From Flavobacteriales bacterium (GTDB taxonomy: Bacteria > Bacteroidota > Bacteroidia > Flavobacteriales > BACL11): a stretch of DNA of 64,000 bases. Shown one piece after another: positions 1 to 9,973 of this stretch; the first letter of the stretch is position 1, and every line of letters begins with the position of its first letter. Under the pieces are notes generated by a model. The model was given only the letters and a program-made list of their open reading frames with translations, had not been told where the DNA came from and ran no database searches. The DNA lies in assembly GCA_947502765.1 (NCBI GenBank), contig CANNBA010000010.1, forward strand, positions 1,477-65,476, written 5' to 3'. A program made the position numbers and the translations under genes.

Positions 1-823
1 TTGGTCCCATTCCATTAAATGTAACAAAGCTAGCTGGATCCTGTAGAATAAGATAATTACCTAGTACCATAGCCGCTAGCATAGTAGCAACATAGGAGCC
101 AAATAAATCCGCTCCCATTCCAGCTACATCACCAACATTATCACCAACATTATCAGCAATAGTTGCAGGATTTCTTGGATCGTCCTCTGGAATTCCAGCT
201 TCAACTTTTCCTACTAAATCTGCACCAACATCAGCTGCTTTTGTATAAATACCTCCCCCTACTCTGGCAAATAATGCAATGCATTCTGCCCCTAGTGAAA
301 AACCAGCAAGAGTTTCAAGTATTACCATTAAGTCAGCGCCCTTGCCACCATTAATAACAAGAAATAAAAATATTGAGGAAAGTCCAAATACAGCCAATCC
401 AGCAACACCTAATCCCATTACTGTACCGCCTCTAAAAGCGACTTTCATAGCTTGAGGTAAACTCGTTTTTGCTGCCTCTGCTGTTCTAACGTTAGCTTTA
501 GTAGCAATACGCATTCCTATATTTCCTGCTAGAGCAGAAAAAACTGCACCAGTTACAAATGCAGCTACAATATACATTCCTGCTGGTATATAATTCATAG
601 CTGAAAGTATTCCCAGTACTGAACCGGCAATTACTACAAATACAGCTAACATTCTATATTCCGCTTTTAGAAAAGCCATTGCTCCAGCGGCAATATAACC
701 AGATATTTTTTGCATCTTTTCACTTCCTGCAGATTGCTTTTTAACCCATGATGACAAGTAAAGCATATACACTAAGCCTACCAATCCAAATACAGGTAAT
801 ATATAAATCAATTTTTCAGACAT
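1..823 (-). CDS. hppA: membrane-bound H+/Na+-translocating pyrophosphatase, N-terminal ~274 codons (rest of gene lies left of the window)
   Basis: Absent from the ORF track because it runs off the edge. My translation of the reverse complement from the ATG at 823-821 gives MSEKLIYILPVFGLVGLVYM... and includes ARVGGGIYTKAADVGADLVGKVEAGIPEDDPRNPATIADNVGDNVGDVAGMGADLF, the M-PPase signature. Confidence 0.9.
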   Translation of the reverse strand, partial: MSEKLIYILPVFGLVGLVYMLYLSSWVKKQSAGSEKMQKISGYIAAGAMAFLKAEYRMLAVFVVIAGSVLGILSAMNYIPAGMYIVAAFVTGAVFSALAGNIGMRIATKANVRTAEAAKTSLPQAMKVAFRGGTVMGLGVAGLAVFGLSSIFLFLVINGGKGADLMVILETLAGFSLGAECIALFARVGGGIYTKAADVGADLVGKVEAGIPEDDPRNPATIADNVGDNVGDVAGMGADLFGSYVATMLAAMVLGNYLILQDPASFVTFNGMGP

Positions 824-966
824 AATTTGTTATTTTTAGTTATTCCTTTTTTAAAAACGGGCACAAAAATAGTATTTTAAAACAAATCAAGTGATGTCAA
901 GCGATTTTATGTATTTTAAATCGCTATTTATCTTATTAAAAAGGCCTGTATTTAGTCTATTTTATC

Positions 967-974
967 TAAATTTG
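967..974 (+). promoter_or_regulatory. Bacteroidota-type -7 promoter motif (TAnnTTTG) upstream of etfB
   Basis: TAAATTTG lies 28 nt upstream of the ATG at 1003 and matches the TAnnTTTG consensus of Bacteroidota sigma-A promoters. Confidence 0.4.
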
Positions 975-1002
975 CAATCATTAATCTAAAAATACTTGTA
1001 GA

Positions 1003-1749
1003 ATGAATATTGTAGTTTGCATAAGTAGTGTCCCTGATACAACTGCAAAAATTAACTTTACTGATAATGGAAGCAAATTTGATGCTAGTGGAGTACAATT
1101 TGTAATTAATCCTTATGATGAATTTGGACTTACAAAAGCCATGATGCTCAAAGAGGCGATGGGAGGAAAAATAACCGTTATTACAGTAGGAGATGCAGCA
1201 GCAGAACCGGTAATAAGAAAAGCGTTAGCAATTGGAGCTGATGATGCAGTTAGAATTAACATGAATGCTAAAGATAGTTATTCAACAGCTATTGAAATTG
1301 CAAATTATTTAAAAACCAATCCTGCTGATTTAATTATTACTGGAAGAGAGTCAATCGATTATAACGGAGGAGCGGTAGGTGGAATGCTCGCAGAAATGCT
1401 TGACTTACCATTTATTAATGGGTGTAATGGATTGGATATTTCAGGAAATACAGCAAAAATTTCTAGAGAAATTGATGGTGGAAAAGAAAACATTTCAGCA
1501 AACCTCCCTTTTGTAATTGGCGGACAAAAAGGGTTGGTGCAAGAATCTGAACTTAGAATTCCTAATATGAGAGGCATTATGCAAGCAAGAACAAAGCCTT
1601 TACAGGTAATTGAATCATCAAATAATGAGAATTTAACAGCATCAATTAGTTTTATAAAACCTTCTGAAAAAGGAGCTTGCAAATTAGTGGCTTCTGATAA
1701 TGTAGCAGAGTTGGTTTCCTTACTACACAATGAAGCAAAAGTTATATAA
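1003..1749 (+). CDS. etfB: electron transfer flavoprotein beta subunit
   Basis: 248 aa. The N-terminus MNIVVCISSVPDTTAKINF... is typical of ETF-beta, and the gene sits directly upstream of etfA. Confidence 0.9.
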   Translation: MNIVVCISSVPDTTAKINFTDNGSKFDASGVQFVINPYDEFGLTKAMMLKEAMGGKITVITVGDAAAEPVIRKALAIGADDAVRINMNAKDSYSTAIEIANYLKTNPADLIITGRESIDYNGGAVGGMLAEMLDLPFINGCNGLDISGNTAKISREIDGGKENISANLPFVIGGQKGLVQESELRIPNMRGIMQARTKPLQVIESSNNENLTASISFIKPSEKGACKLVASDNVAELVSLLHNEAKVI

Positions 1750-1768
1750 TTAAAAGAATCTATAAAAA

Positions 1769-2713
1769 ATGTCAGTATTAGTATATACAGAAAGTTGGGA
1801 AGGAAATTTTAGAAAAAGTACTTATGAGGCTGTTTCTTACGCAAGTGAGACTGCCAAATTGTTAGGTACAGATGTTGTTGCACTTGCATTTGGAAATGAA
1901 AGTGATGACGAGCTGAAAAAATTAGGCAGCTATGGAGCCAATAAAGTATTAGCTACAAGTGGAATTGAGAAAGGAGATAGTAAAGCCGCAACTCAACTTT
2001 TTACATCTAATTCATCTGATGCAAACATCATCATTTTTGCAAGCACTTACACCTCAAAAATGATTGCGCCTAGATTAGCTGCAAAACTTAAAGCTGGAAT
2101 GGTATCTAATGTAATCAGTGTGCCATCTAGCACTTCTCCAATAAAAATTAAACGAAAAGCATTTTCTAGCAAAGCTGTTGAGAATACCGAAATTACTACA
2201 GAAAAAGCAATTATTATTTTAGCTCCGAATGCTTTTGGATTAGTGGAGTGCGGTGGCAACTGTAAAATAGAAAAAATTGAAGCAGGTAGTGATTCAAGTA
2301 TTACTGTTAATGGGCAAGAAATAGCAAGTGGCAAAGTATCTTTAGCTGAAGCTGAAATTATCGTTTCGGCAGGAAGAGGATTAAAAAGCCCAGAAAATTG
2401 GAAAATGATTGAAGAGCTAGCTGATTTATTGGGAGCTGCAACAGCATGCTCTAAGCCTGTATCCGATATTGGCTGGAGACCTCATAGTGAACATGTTGGT
2501 CAAACTGGGAAAGCAGTTGCTCCTAACCTTTACATTGCAATAGGAATTTCAGGTGCTATACAACATTTAGCAGGAGTTAATTCATCAAAAGTAATGGTTG
2601 CCATTAATACTGATCCTGAGGCTCCATTTTTTAAAGCAGCAGATTATGGTATAGTTGGAGATGCATTTACAGTTGTTCCTAAATTAATAGAAGAAATAAA
2701 AAAAATAAGATAA
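1769..2713 (+). CDS. etfA: electron transfer flavoprotein alpha subunit
   Basis: 314 aa. The C-terminal FAD-binding region reads PNLYIAIGISGAIQHLAGVNSSKVMVAINTDPEAPFFKAADYGIVGD. Confidence 0.9.
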   Translation: MSVLVYTESWEGNFRKSTYEAVSYASETAKLLGTDVVALAFGNESDDELKKLGSYGANKVLATSGIEKGDSKAATQLFTSNSSDANIIIFASTYTSKMIAPRLAAKLKAGMVSNVISVPSSTSPIKIKRKAFSSKAVENTEITTEKAIIILAPNAFGLVECGGNCKIEKIEAGSDSSITVNGQEIASGKVSLAEAEIIVSAGRGLKSPENWKMIEELADLLGAATACSKPVSDIGWRPHSEHVGQTGKAVAPNLYIAIGISGAIQHLAGVNSSKVMVAINTDPEAPFFKAADYGIVGDAFTVVPKLIEEIKKIR

Positions 2714-2714
2714 C

Positions 2715-3326
2715 TTGGATTTTGTTCAATTAGATATAGCCGCAATAAAGCAAAGTGACTCGCAAAACAATGCCTATGTATTACTATTGAATGAAACTGT
2801 TGGAAAAAGACAATTGCCAATTGTAATTGGCTGGTGTGAGGCAAGATCAATTGCTATAGCAATTGACGGAACAGAAGAGCCAGATAGGCCTCTAACTCAT
2901 GATTTATTTAAAACCATGGGAGATAAATTCAATATTACAGTTCAAAAAGTGATAATACACACCTTAATTGAAGGTATTTTTCATTCTTCTTTTCATTGTA
3001 AACACAAGATTACTGGTGAAGAAGTAGCAATTGACGCTCGAACTTCTGATGCCATTGCAATTGCCATAAGATATAGTTGTCCTATTTTTACTTATGAAGA
3101 TATCTTATCAAGAGCGGGCATTATTATTAACAGTGCTCGTGAAGATGATGAAGATGATAAAGATTTGAACCTTGAAGAAGAAGATGATAAAGTGGCAGAG
3201 CCTCAAGCAATGAACACTTTTAGTTTAGCAAAATTAAAAAAGCTTTTAACTAGAGCAATTGAAGATGAAGATTACGAGAAGGCATCTGAAATAAGAGACG
3301 AATTAAAAAAACGAAAAGGAAAATAA
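2715..3326 (+). CDS. bifunctional nuclease family (DUF151) protein with C-terminal UVR-like motif
   Basis: 203 aa. It contains AYVLLLNETVGKRQLPIVIGWCEARSIAIA, an acidic linker and a DYEKASEIRDELKKRKG tail. It needs a TTG start at 2715 because the etfA stop is at 2711-2713. Confidence 0.7.
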   Translation: MDFVQLDIAAIKQSDSQNNAYVLLLNETVGKRQLPIVIGWCEARSIAIAIDGTEEPDRPLTHDLFKTMGDKFNITVQKVIIHTLIEGIFHSSFHCKHKITGEEVAIDARTSDAIAIAIRYSCPIFTYEDILSRAGIIINSAREDDEDDKDLNLEEEDDKVAEPQAMNTFSLAKLKKLLTRAIEDEDYEKASEIRDELKKRKGK

Positions 3327-3329
3327 AAA

Positions 3330-4817
3330 ATGAAAAAAATCTACTTACTCATTGTTTTTTTTGGGCTTGCTTTTTTTTCATTTTCTCAAAATATTAGTGG
3401 CAATAAGGATACGATAAGAAATTATCAGATAAATGCTGATACAATATCTTTAGTTCTAAATGAAAACGAGAGTAATCTTGCTCTTACAAAAGAAGAGATA
3501 ATTCCGAAACCACTTGAAACATCAGGCATTACTATAAATTCTATTTTAAGAGGAATCTTAGGAATCTTTTCACTATTACTTATAGCATTTCTATTTAGCA
3601 GAAATCGAAAAGGAATTGATTGGGTATTAGTTGGAAAAGGATTAGGCATTCAAATACTATTTGCGCTTTTAATTCTTAAAGTTGCTTTTATTTCAACAGG
3701 ATTTGAATTTGTAGGCAAAATATTTACAAAGATAATCTCCTTTACTCAGGATGGAACCATGTTTCTTTTCAAGTCATTTGCATCAGGAGTGATTGAATCT
3801 CCTCTTGCCAACTTTGCCATAATGATTTTACCAACTGTGATATTCTTTTCGGCTCTAACATCACTTTTTTATTACTGGGGAGTTTTGCCTAAAATTGTTT
3901 ATGGATTTGCTTGGATAATGAAAAGAACCATGAAAATATCTGGGCCTGAAAGTGTAGCCGCAGCTGGAAATATATTTTTAGGACAAACAGAAGCTCCACT
4001 ACTAGTAAAACCTTATTTAAATAAAATGACCATGTCGGAAATGCTGTGTTTGATGACTGGGGGAATGGCAACCATTGCTGGAGGAGTTTTAGCAGCATAT
4101 ATCGGATTTTTAGGTGGAGACGATCCAGTACAACAAATAATTTTCGCCAAACATTTATTGGCTGCATCAGTTATGTCGGCACCAGCTGCTATTGTAGCGG
4201 CAAAAATGTTATTACCTGAAAAAGAAGCTTATGAAGAAAAATTAGAAGTAGCAAAAGCTGATATGGGAAGCAACGCATTGGAAGCAATATCTCAAGGGAC
4301 AACAGATGGATTAAGACTTGCAATAAATGTAGGGGCTATGTTATTGGTATTTATTGCCTTAATATCTATGGGAAATTACATATTATTAAAAGTTGGAGAT
4401 TGGACCTCTCTTAATCCTTGGATTGCAAGCAATACTAGATACACTGAACTTTCCTTTAACATGATTTTAGGCTATATTGGAGCCCCTATTGCTTGGCTTA
4501 TGGGTGTTTGTAAGCAGGATATGTTTTTAGTGGGGGAGCTACTTGGCGAAAAAACAGTATTGAACGAATTTGTGGCTTATGTATCTCTTGGTGAAATGAA
4601 AATGGCAGGAGCTTTTGTGGAGCAAAAATCAATAATTATAGCCACTTATATATTGTGTGGCTTTGCTAATTTTGCATCTATTGGGATACAAATTGGAGGT
4701 ATTGGTGCATTGGCCCCAAACAAAAGAGCTGATTTATCTAGATTAGGAATATTAGCTCTAATTGGAGGGACAGTTGCTTCTTTATTTACAGCTGTAATTG
4801 TAGGAATGTTAATTTAA
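3330..4817 (+). CDS. concentrative nucleoside transporter (NupC/CNT family)
   Basis: 495 aa polytopic membrane protein with GQTEAPLLVKPYL and MTGGMATIAGGVLAAYIGFLGG, which are typical of CNT family proteins. Confidence 0.8.
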   Translation: MKKIYLLIVFFGLAFFSFSQNISGNKDTIRNYQINADTISLVLNENESNLALTKEEIIPKPLETSGITINSILRGILGIFSLLLIAFLFSRNRKGIDWVLVGKGLGIQILFALLILKVAFISTGFEFVGKIFTKIISFTQDGTMFLFKSFASGVIESPLANFAIMILPTVIFFSALTSLFYYWGVLPKIVYGFAWIMKRTMKISGPESVAAAGNIFLGQTEAPLLVKPYLNKMTMSEMLCLMTGGMATIAGGVLAAYIGFLGGDDPVQQIIFAKHLLAASVMSAPAAIVAAKMLLPEKEAYEEKLEVAKADMGSNALEAISQGTTDGLRLAINVGAMLLVFIALISMGNYILLKVGDWTSLNPWIASNTRYTELSFNMILGYIGAPIAWLMGVCKQDMFLVGELLGEKTVLNEFVAYVSLGEMKMAGAFVEQKSIIIATYILCGFANFASIGIQIGGIGALAPNKRADLSRLGILALIGGTVASLFTAVIVGMLI

Positions 4818-4820
4818 CAA

Positions 4821-5615
4821 ATGCAGCAATACTTATATTTAATGAAGCGCGTGATGATGGAAGGCACGCTAAAAGCAGACCGAACAGGAACAGGAACTAA
4901 AAGTGTTTTTGGGCATCAAATGCGTTTTGATTTATCAGAGGGGTTTCCTTGTGTTACTACCAAAAAATTACATTTAAAATCCATCATTCACGAACTACTT
5001 TGGTTTTTAAAGGGAGACACCAATATCAAATACCTTAGAGAAAATGGAGTGCGAATTTGGGATGAATGGGCTGATGAAAATGGAGATTTAGGCCATGTTT
5101 ATGGTTATCAATGGAGATCTTGGCCTGCCCCTGATGGCAAACATATCGATCAAATCACTCAAGTGGTGGATACACTTAAAAAAAATCCGGACAGCAGAAG
5201 AATTATTGTGAGTGCTTGGAATGTGGGAGAAATTGAACAGATGGCCTTGCCTCCTTGTCATGCCTTTTTTCAGTTTTATGTTGCGAACGGAAAGCTTTCT
5301 TGCCAGTTATATCAAAGAAGTGCGGACATCTTTTTGGGAGTTCCTTTCAACATTGCTTCTTATGCCTTACTTACCATGATGATGGCTCAAGTTTGTAATT
5401 TGGAAGCTGGAGATTTTATTCATACATTGGGTGATGCCCATATTTACACCAATCATTTTGAGCAAACAGAACTACAACTCAACAGAGATTGTAAAAAATT
5501 ACCCACTATGAAAATCAACCCAAATGTGAAAAGTATTTTTGATTTCACCATTGATGATTTTGAATTAGTTGATTATGAATGTCACCCTCATATTAAAGGA
5601 AAAGTAGCAATCTAA
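4821..5615 (+). CDS. thyA: thymidylate synthase
   Basis: 264 aa with [35 protein letters not shown], and [11 protein letters not shown] containing the catalytic Cys. Confidence 0.95.
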   Translation: MQQYLYLMKRVMMEGTLKADRTGTGTKSVFGHQMRFDLSEGFPCVTTKKLHLKSIIHELLWFLKGDTNIKYLRENGVRIWDEWADENGDLGHVYGYQWRSWPAPDGKHIDQITQVVDTLKKNPDSRRIIVSAWNVGEIEQMALPPCHAFFQFYVANGKLSCQLYQRSADIFLGVPFNIASYALLTMMMAQVCNLEAGDFIHTLGDAHIYTNHFEQTELQLNRDCKKLPTMKINPNVKSIFDFTIDDFELVDYECHPHIKGKVAI

Positions 5616-6718
5616 TGGCAAATATAATTGTATTAGGAGCAGGATTAGTTGGAGGGGTTATGGCAAAAGATTTAGCCCAAAATCATACAGTTACCTCTAT
5701 TGATATTTCACAAAAGAATTTGGATAAGCTTAATGGTATCAACACCATTTGTGCTGATGTTGCAAATACACACACTTTACAAAACCTTATAAAAGATTGT
5801 GATTTGGTGGTGGGTGCAGTTCCGGGGTTCATGGGTTATAAAATGATGAAAGATGTAATTGAGGCAGGAAAAAATATAGTTGACATTTCTTTCTATCCTG
5901 AAGATCCTTTTGGGCTAGATGAATTAGCAAAAGAAAAAGGAGTGGTTGCTGTAATGGATTGTGGTGTCGCTCCAGGTATGGGAAATATAATTTTTGGCCA
6001 TCATAATTCCCAAATGAAAATTGCCGATTATGAATGTCTGGTTGGAGGCCTGCCTGAAAAAAGAGAATGGCCTTTTGAATATCAAGCCGTTTTTTCACCC
6101 ATTGATGTGATTCAAGAATACATTCGCCCAGCGCGCTATGTTCAAAATTCTAGTTTAATTGTTAAAGAAGCATTATCAGATACTGAGCTTATTGAATTTG
6201 ATGAAATAGGAACTTTAGAAAGTTGGAATTCTGATGGACTAAGAAGCTTGATTAAAACTATGGCACATGTTCCAAACATGATTGAAAAAACCTTGCGTTA
6301 TCCTGGTTGTGTGGAATATTTAAAAGTATTGAGAGCAAGTGGATTCTTCTCTTATGAAAAAGTTGAAGTAAACGGAACTATGATTCGCCCGGTAGATATG
6401 ACGGCCAAATTATTATTTCCAAAATGGGAAATGAAGCCAGGCGACAAAGACTTTACCGTAATGAGAATTATTATAAAAGGAACAGAAAATGGGAAAGAAG
6501 TAAGTTATCAATACAATCTATTAGATAGATATCAAGATGACACTATTTCTATGGCGCGTACTACAGGATTTACTTGCACAGCTGTGGCTAACTTAGTTAT
6601 AAAAGGAATATATGATAGAATAGGAATTTCTCCTCCAGAATACTTAGGTGGACATTTCGAATTTGTAAAAACCTATTTAGAAAAAAGAGGAGTGAAATAT
6701 ATTGTAAAAAAGAGCTGA
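5615..6718 (+). CDS. saccharopine dehydrogenase family NAD(P)-binding protein
   Basis: 367 aa with an N-terminal Rossmann motif IIVLGAGLVGG and DCGVAPGMGNII, as in the Sacchrp_dh family. Its start overlaps the thyA stop (TAATG) and its stop overlaps the folA start (TGATG). Confidence 0.7.
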   Translation: MANIIVLGAGLVGGVMAKDLAQNHTVTSIDISQKNLDKLNGINTICADVANTHTLQNLIKDCDLVVGAVPGFMGYKMMKDVIEAGKNIVDISFYPEDPFGLDELAKEKGVVAVMDCGVAPGMGNIIFGHHNSQMKIADYECLVGGLPEKREWPFEYQAVFSPIDVIQEYIRPARYVQNSSLIVKEALSDTELIEFDEIGTLESWNSDGLRSLIKTMAHVPNMIEKTLRYPGCVEYLKVLRASGFFSYEKVEVNGTMIRPVDMTAKLLFPKWEMKPGDKDFTVMRIIIKGTENGKEVSYQYNLLDRYQDDTISMARTTGFTCTAVANLVIKGIYDRIGISPPEYLGGHFEFVKTYLEKRGVKYIVKKS

Positions 6719-7221
6719 TGAAAGTTTCTCTAATAGTAGCGGTATCCGAAAATGGCGTAATTGGAAAAGATAATGACTTAATTTGGCATTTTCCAAAAGA
6801 TATGAAGTTTTTTAAAGACACTACATTAGGCCATCATGTAATAATGGGGCGAAAAAACTTTGAGTCTATTCCACATAAATACAGTCCATTACCTGGTAGA
6901 ATCAATGTAGTGATTACAAGAAAAGCCGACTATAAAGCAGTAGGATGTAAAGTTGTGAATACTCTAGAGCAAGCATTAGAAATTGCAAGGCAAAATGGAG
7001 ATAAAGAGCCTTTTATAATTGGAGGGGGGCAGATATATAAACTAGCACTTGAAGCAAACTTAGTAGATAAGATATATTTAACTAAAATTCATCATCACTT
7101 TGAAGGAGATACTTTTTTCCCTGAGCTAAATTCTGATTGGAAGGAGCTAACTAAATTAGAAAATAAAGCTGATGAAAAACACAAGTACGATTATGATTTT
7201 ATCACTTTAGAAAGAAATTAG
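6718..7221 (+). CDS. folA: dihydrofolate reductase
   Basis: 167 aa with LIVAVSENGVIGKDNDLIWHFPKDMKFFKDTT..GRKNFESIP..LPGRINVVITR and IIGGGQIY. Confidence 0.9.
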   Translation: MKVSLIVAVSENGVIGKDNDLIWHFPKDMKFFKDTTLGHHVIMGRKNFESIPHKYSPLPGRINVVITRKADYKAVGCKVVNTLEQALEIARQNGDKEPFIIGGGQIYKLALEANLVDKIYLTKIHHHFEGDTFFPELNSDWKELTKLENKADEKHKYDYDFITLERN

Positions 7222-7245
7222 TAGTTTTACAAAAAAATCAACAAA

Positions 7246-8058
7246 ATGAAAAAGACACTTTTAGTACTTAGTATAGTAACCATTGTTCTTTACGCCTGTA
7301 AAGATGAAGATGTTATAAATCCACCAGAACTAACAAGTACACAAGCAAGTCAAGATCATTTAACTGCTGAAAGTATTTTTGATGAGGTGGGTAGAATTGT
7401 AGAAGACGGATTGCAAACTAATGGCCAAGGCAAAGTATGTCCTAGTTATAATTTACTAAATGACAATACATCTGATATTGACACCTTAATTATTGACTTT
7501 GGTAGCACAAATTGTTTGCATAATGGCAAGTTAAGAAGTGGAAAAATAAACATTACCTATACAGGCAACTACCGTGACTCCTTATCGGTAATAACTACTA
7601 CTTTTGATAATTATTATGTAAATAATACCTTAATACAAGGGGAAAGAGTTGTAACCAACCAAGGCAGAAATAACAGTGGAAATATGTGGTTTACAATAGT
7701 TGTAAATAATGCCAGTATAACCACTACTAACGGAACAATCAATTGGGAGTCAAATAGAATAAGAGAATGGGTAAATGGCCAGAATACTTATAATATAGAT
7801 GATGATAGATATAAAATCACAGGATCAGCAAATGGTAATGGAGTGAATGGAAATCCTTTTACAATGACAATATTAGATCCTCTTAATGTTGATTTAGGAT
7901 GCTTATCATCTTCTTCTTGTATAATAAAAAGTGGAACCGCTAAAATCTCACCTTCTGGTTATGCTGATAGAATTATAAACTATGGAGACTCTTTATGTGA
8001 TTGTAATGTAGATGTAATTATTAACGGAACTACTTACCCTCTAGTAATTGGCAACTAA
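7246..8058 (+). CDS. hypothetical lipoprotein
   Basis: 270 aa. It has a signal peptide with a lipobox-like LYAC. No family was recognised. Confidence 0.5.
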   Translation: MKKTLLVLSIVTIVLYACKDEDVINPPELTSTQASQDHLTAESIFDEVGRIVEDGLQTNGQGKVCPSYNLLNDNTSDIDTLIIDFGSTNCLHNGKLRSGKINITYTGNYRDSLSVITTTFDNYYVNNTLIQGERVVTNQGRNNSGNMWFTIVVNNASITTTNGTINWESNRIREWVNGQNTYNIDDDRYKITGSANGNGVNGNPFTMTILDPLNVDLGCLSSSSCIIKSGTAKISPSGYADRIINYGDSLCDCNVDVIINGTTYPLVIGN

Positions 8059-9284
8059 GCTGCTTTTAGCTTAGTGAAAGAAAGCTTTGAAAGCTGAGCT
8101 TTTACATAAGAATCCGTAATATGTAACTCTTTCTTACTTTCGTCAGAAGGAAATTCGAACATAGCATCAAGCATAATAGCCTCACAAATTGATCGCAAGC
8201 CTCTTGCTCCTAATTTAAATTCCATAGCTTTATCTACAATAATATCAATTGCTTTTTTATCAAATGTTAGCCCAATTCCTTCCATATCAAACAACTTTTG
8301 ATACTGTTTAACAAGAGCATTTTTAGGCTCTGTGAGTATTAGCTTTAAAGCCGTTCTATCCAAAGGATTTAAATACGAAACTACTGGCATTCTACCAATA
8401 AGTTCAGGAATGAGTCCAAAGGATTTTAAATCCTGAGGGGAAATATATTGCAATAAATTTTCTTTATCAATTACTCCCTCTTTCTCAGATCTAAATCCGA
8501 TAGCTCTTGTGTTCATTCTTTTGGAGATATGTTGTTCTATACCATCAAATGCTCCACCGCTTATGAATAAAATATCTTTAGTATCCAATGCAATCATCTT
8601 TTGATCAGGGTGTTTTCTGCCTCCTTGAGGAGGGACATTTACAATTGTTCCTTCCAATAATTTAAGCATGGCCTGCTGAACTCCCTCCCCACTTACATCA
8701 CGAGTAATAGAAGGATTGTCGCTTTTGCGTGCAACTTTATCAATCTCATCAATAAAAACGATTCCTTTTTTTGCTTTTTCGACATCATAATCAGCAGCTT
8801 GTAAAAGACGAGTTAAGATACTCTCCACATCCTCTCCTACATAACCTGCCTCAGTAAGAACAGTCGCATCAGCAATACAAAAAGGCACTTTTAACAGCTT
8901 AGCAATAGTACGCGCAATTAAAGTTTTTCCAGTACCAGTACGCCCCACCATAATAATATTTGATTTCTCAATTTCAACATCATCCTCTCTAGTATCAGAT
9001 TGCAAAAGTCTTTTGTAATGATTATAAACCGCAACAGATATCACCTTTTTTACTTCATCCTGCCCAATAACAAAATCATCCAAATGCTCTTTAATTGCTT
9101 TTGGCTTTAGTAGTTTAAAGTCTTGAGAAAGTGAGTTTTGTGATACCGCATCTTCTTTTACAATATCATGAGCTTGCTTTATACAAGCATCACAAATATG
9201 AGCAGAATTACCTGCAATTAAGATATTAGTATCTTGCTTATTTCTACCACAAAAAGAACAAGCAATTTTTCCAGATTCTGACAT
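8055..9284 (-). CDS. clpX: ATP-dependent Clp protease ATP-binding subunit ClpX
   Basis: 409 aa with an N-terminal zinc finger CSFCGRNK...HICDACI and Walker A GRTGTGKT. Confidence 0.95.
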   Translation of the reverse strand: MSESGKIACSFCGRNKQDTNILIAGNSAHICDACIKQAHDIVKEDAVSQNSLSQDFKLLKPKAIKEHLDDFVIGQDEVKKVISVAVYNHYKRLLQSDTREDDVEIEKSNIIMVGRTGTGKTLIARTIAKLLKVPFCIADATVLTEAGYVGEDVESILTRLLQAADYDVEKAKKGIVFIDEIDKVARKSDNPSITRDVSGEGVQQAMLKLLEGTIVNVPPQGGRKHPDQKMIALDTKDILFISGGAFDGIEQHISKRMNTRAIGFRSEKEGVIDKENLLQYISPQDLKSFGLIPELIGRMPVVSYLNPLDRTALKLILTEPKNALVKQYQKLFDMEGIGLTFDKKAIDIIVDKAMEFKLGARGLRSICEAIMLDAMFEFPSDESKKELHITDSYVKAQLSKLSFTKLKAA

Positions 9285-9958
9285 TATTTTTTTCTTTCCA
9301 GAACTTCATCAATCATACCATAAGCTTTAGCTTCATCTGCAGTCATCCAATAATCTCTATCTCCATCTGCCCAAACCTGCTTGTAAGTTTGACCGGAATG
9401 ATTGGCAATAATTTCGTAAAGTTCTTTTTTTAATTTTTGAATTTCTTTTGCTGTAATTTCAATATCTGACGCCTGTCCACTTGCACCGCCCATTGGCTGA
9501 TGAATCATAACTCTTGAGTGCTTAAGAGCAGTTCTTTTTCCATTAGCACCAGCACAAAGTAAAACTGCTCCCATTGAAGCTGCCATTCCTGTACAAATAG
9601 TAGAAACATCAGGGTTGATATACTGTATAGTATCATAAATACCAAGCCCTGCATACACGCCACCACCAGGAGAATTTAAATAAATTAATATGTCTTTTTG
9701 AGCATCAACCGATTCCAAAAATAAAAGCTGCGCTTGAATAATATTGGCTACATAATCATTAATAGGGACTCCTAAAAAGATAATTCTATCCATCATCAAA
9801 CGAGAAAAAACGTCCATACTTGCAACATTCATCTGTCTTTCTTCAATAATAGTTGGGGAAATATAATCTGCGTGAATTGAAGTAAATTCATTAAGGTGTA
9901 AACTACTTATTCCTTTATGTTTTATTGCATATTTTTCAAATTCTTTTCCATAATTCAT
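9284..9958 (-). CDS. clpP: ATP-dependent Clp protease proteolytic subunit
   Basis: 224 aa with TICTGMAASMGAVLL (active-site Ser region) and MIHQPMGG. It lies in the tig-clpP-clpX order. Confidence 0.95.
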   Translation of the reverse strand: MNYGKEFEKYAIKHKGISSLHLNEFTSIHADYISPTIIEERQMNVASMDVFSRLMMDRIIFLGVPINDYVANIIQAQLLFLESVDAQKDILIYLNSPGGGVYAGLGIYDTIQYINPDVSTICTGMAASMGAVLLCAGANGKRTALKHSRVMIHQPMGGASGQASDIEITAKEIQKLKKELYEIIANHSGQTYKQVWADGDRDYWMTADEAKAYGMIDEVLERKK

Positions 9959-9973
9959 AATGAGTATTTTTTG

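Noticed and set aside
130-153. Perfect 12-nt tandem repeat CACCAACATTAT x2
   Set aside because: It encodes the conserved DNVGDNVGD motif of the pyrophosphatase, so it reflects protein-level conservation rather than a DNA-level repeat element.
901-924. GCGATTT...AAATCGC hairpin in the hppA/etfB divergent intergenic region
   Set aside because: It is a 7-bp AT-rich stem with a 10-nt loop and no flanking U-run. It is not distinguishable from chance or from a weak operator.
1359-1730. Antisense or shadow ORFs inside long genes. Examples: 163-354, 1359-1730, 2047-2334, 3425-3649, 3889-4167, 12865-13170, 15823-16134, 19810-20235, 24390-24578, 24834-25037, 27197-27409, 29182-29439, 37266-37598, 38023-38624, 43026-43853, 49811-50257, 51083-51913, 52843-53136, 56536-56778, 59453-59722
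   Set aside because: Each lies wholly within a longer ORF on the other strand or frame that has clear family motifs. Their translations are low-complexity or Leu/Ser/Ile-rich, as expected from antisense reading of AT-rich coding DNA.
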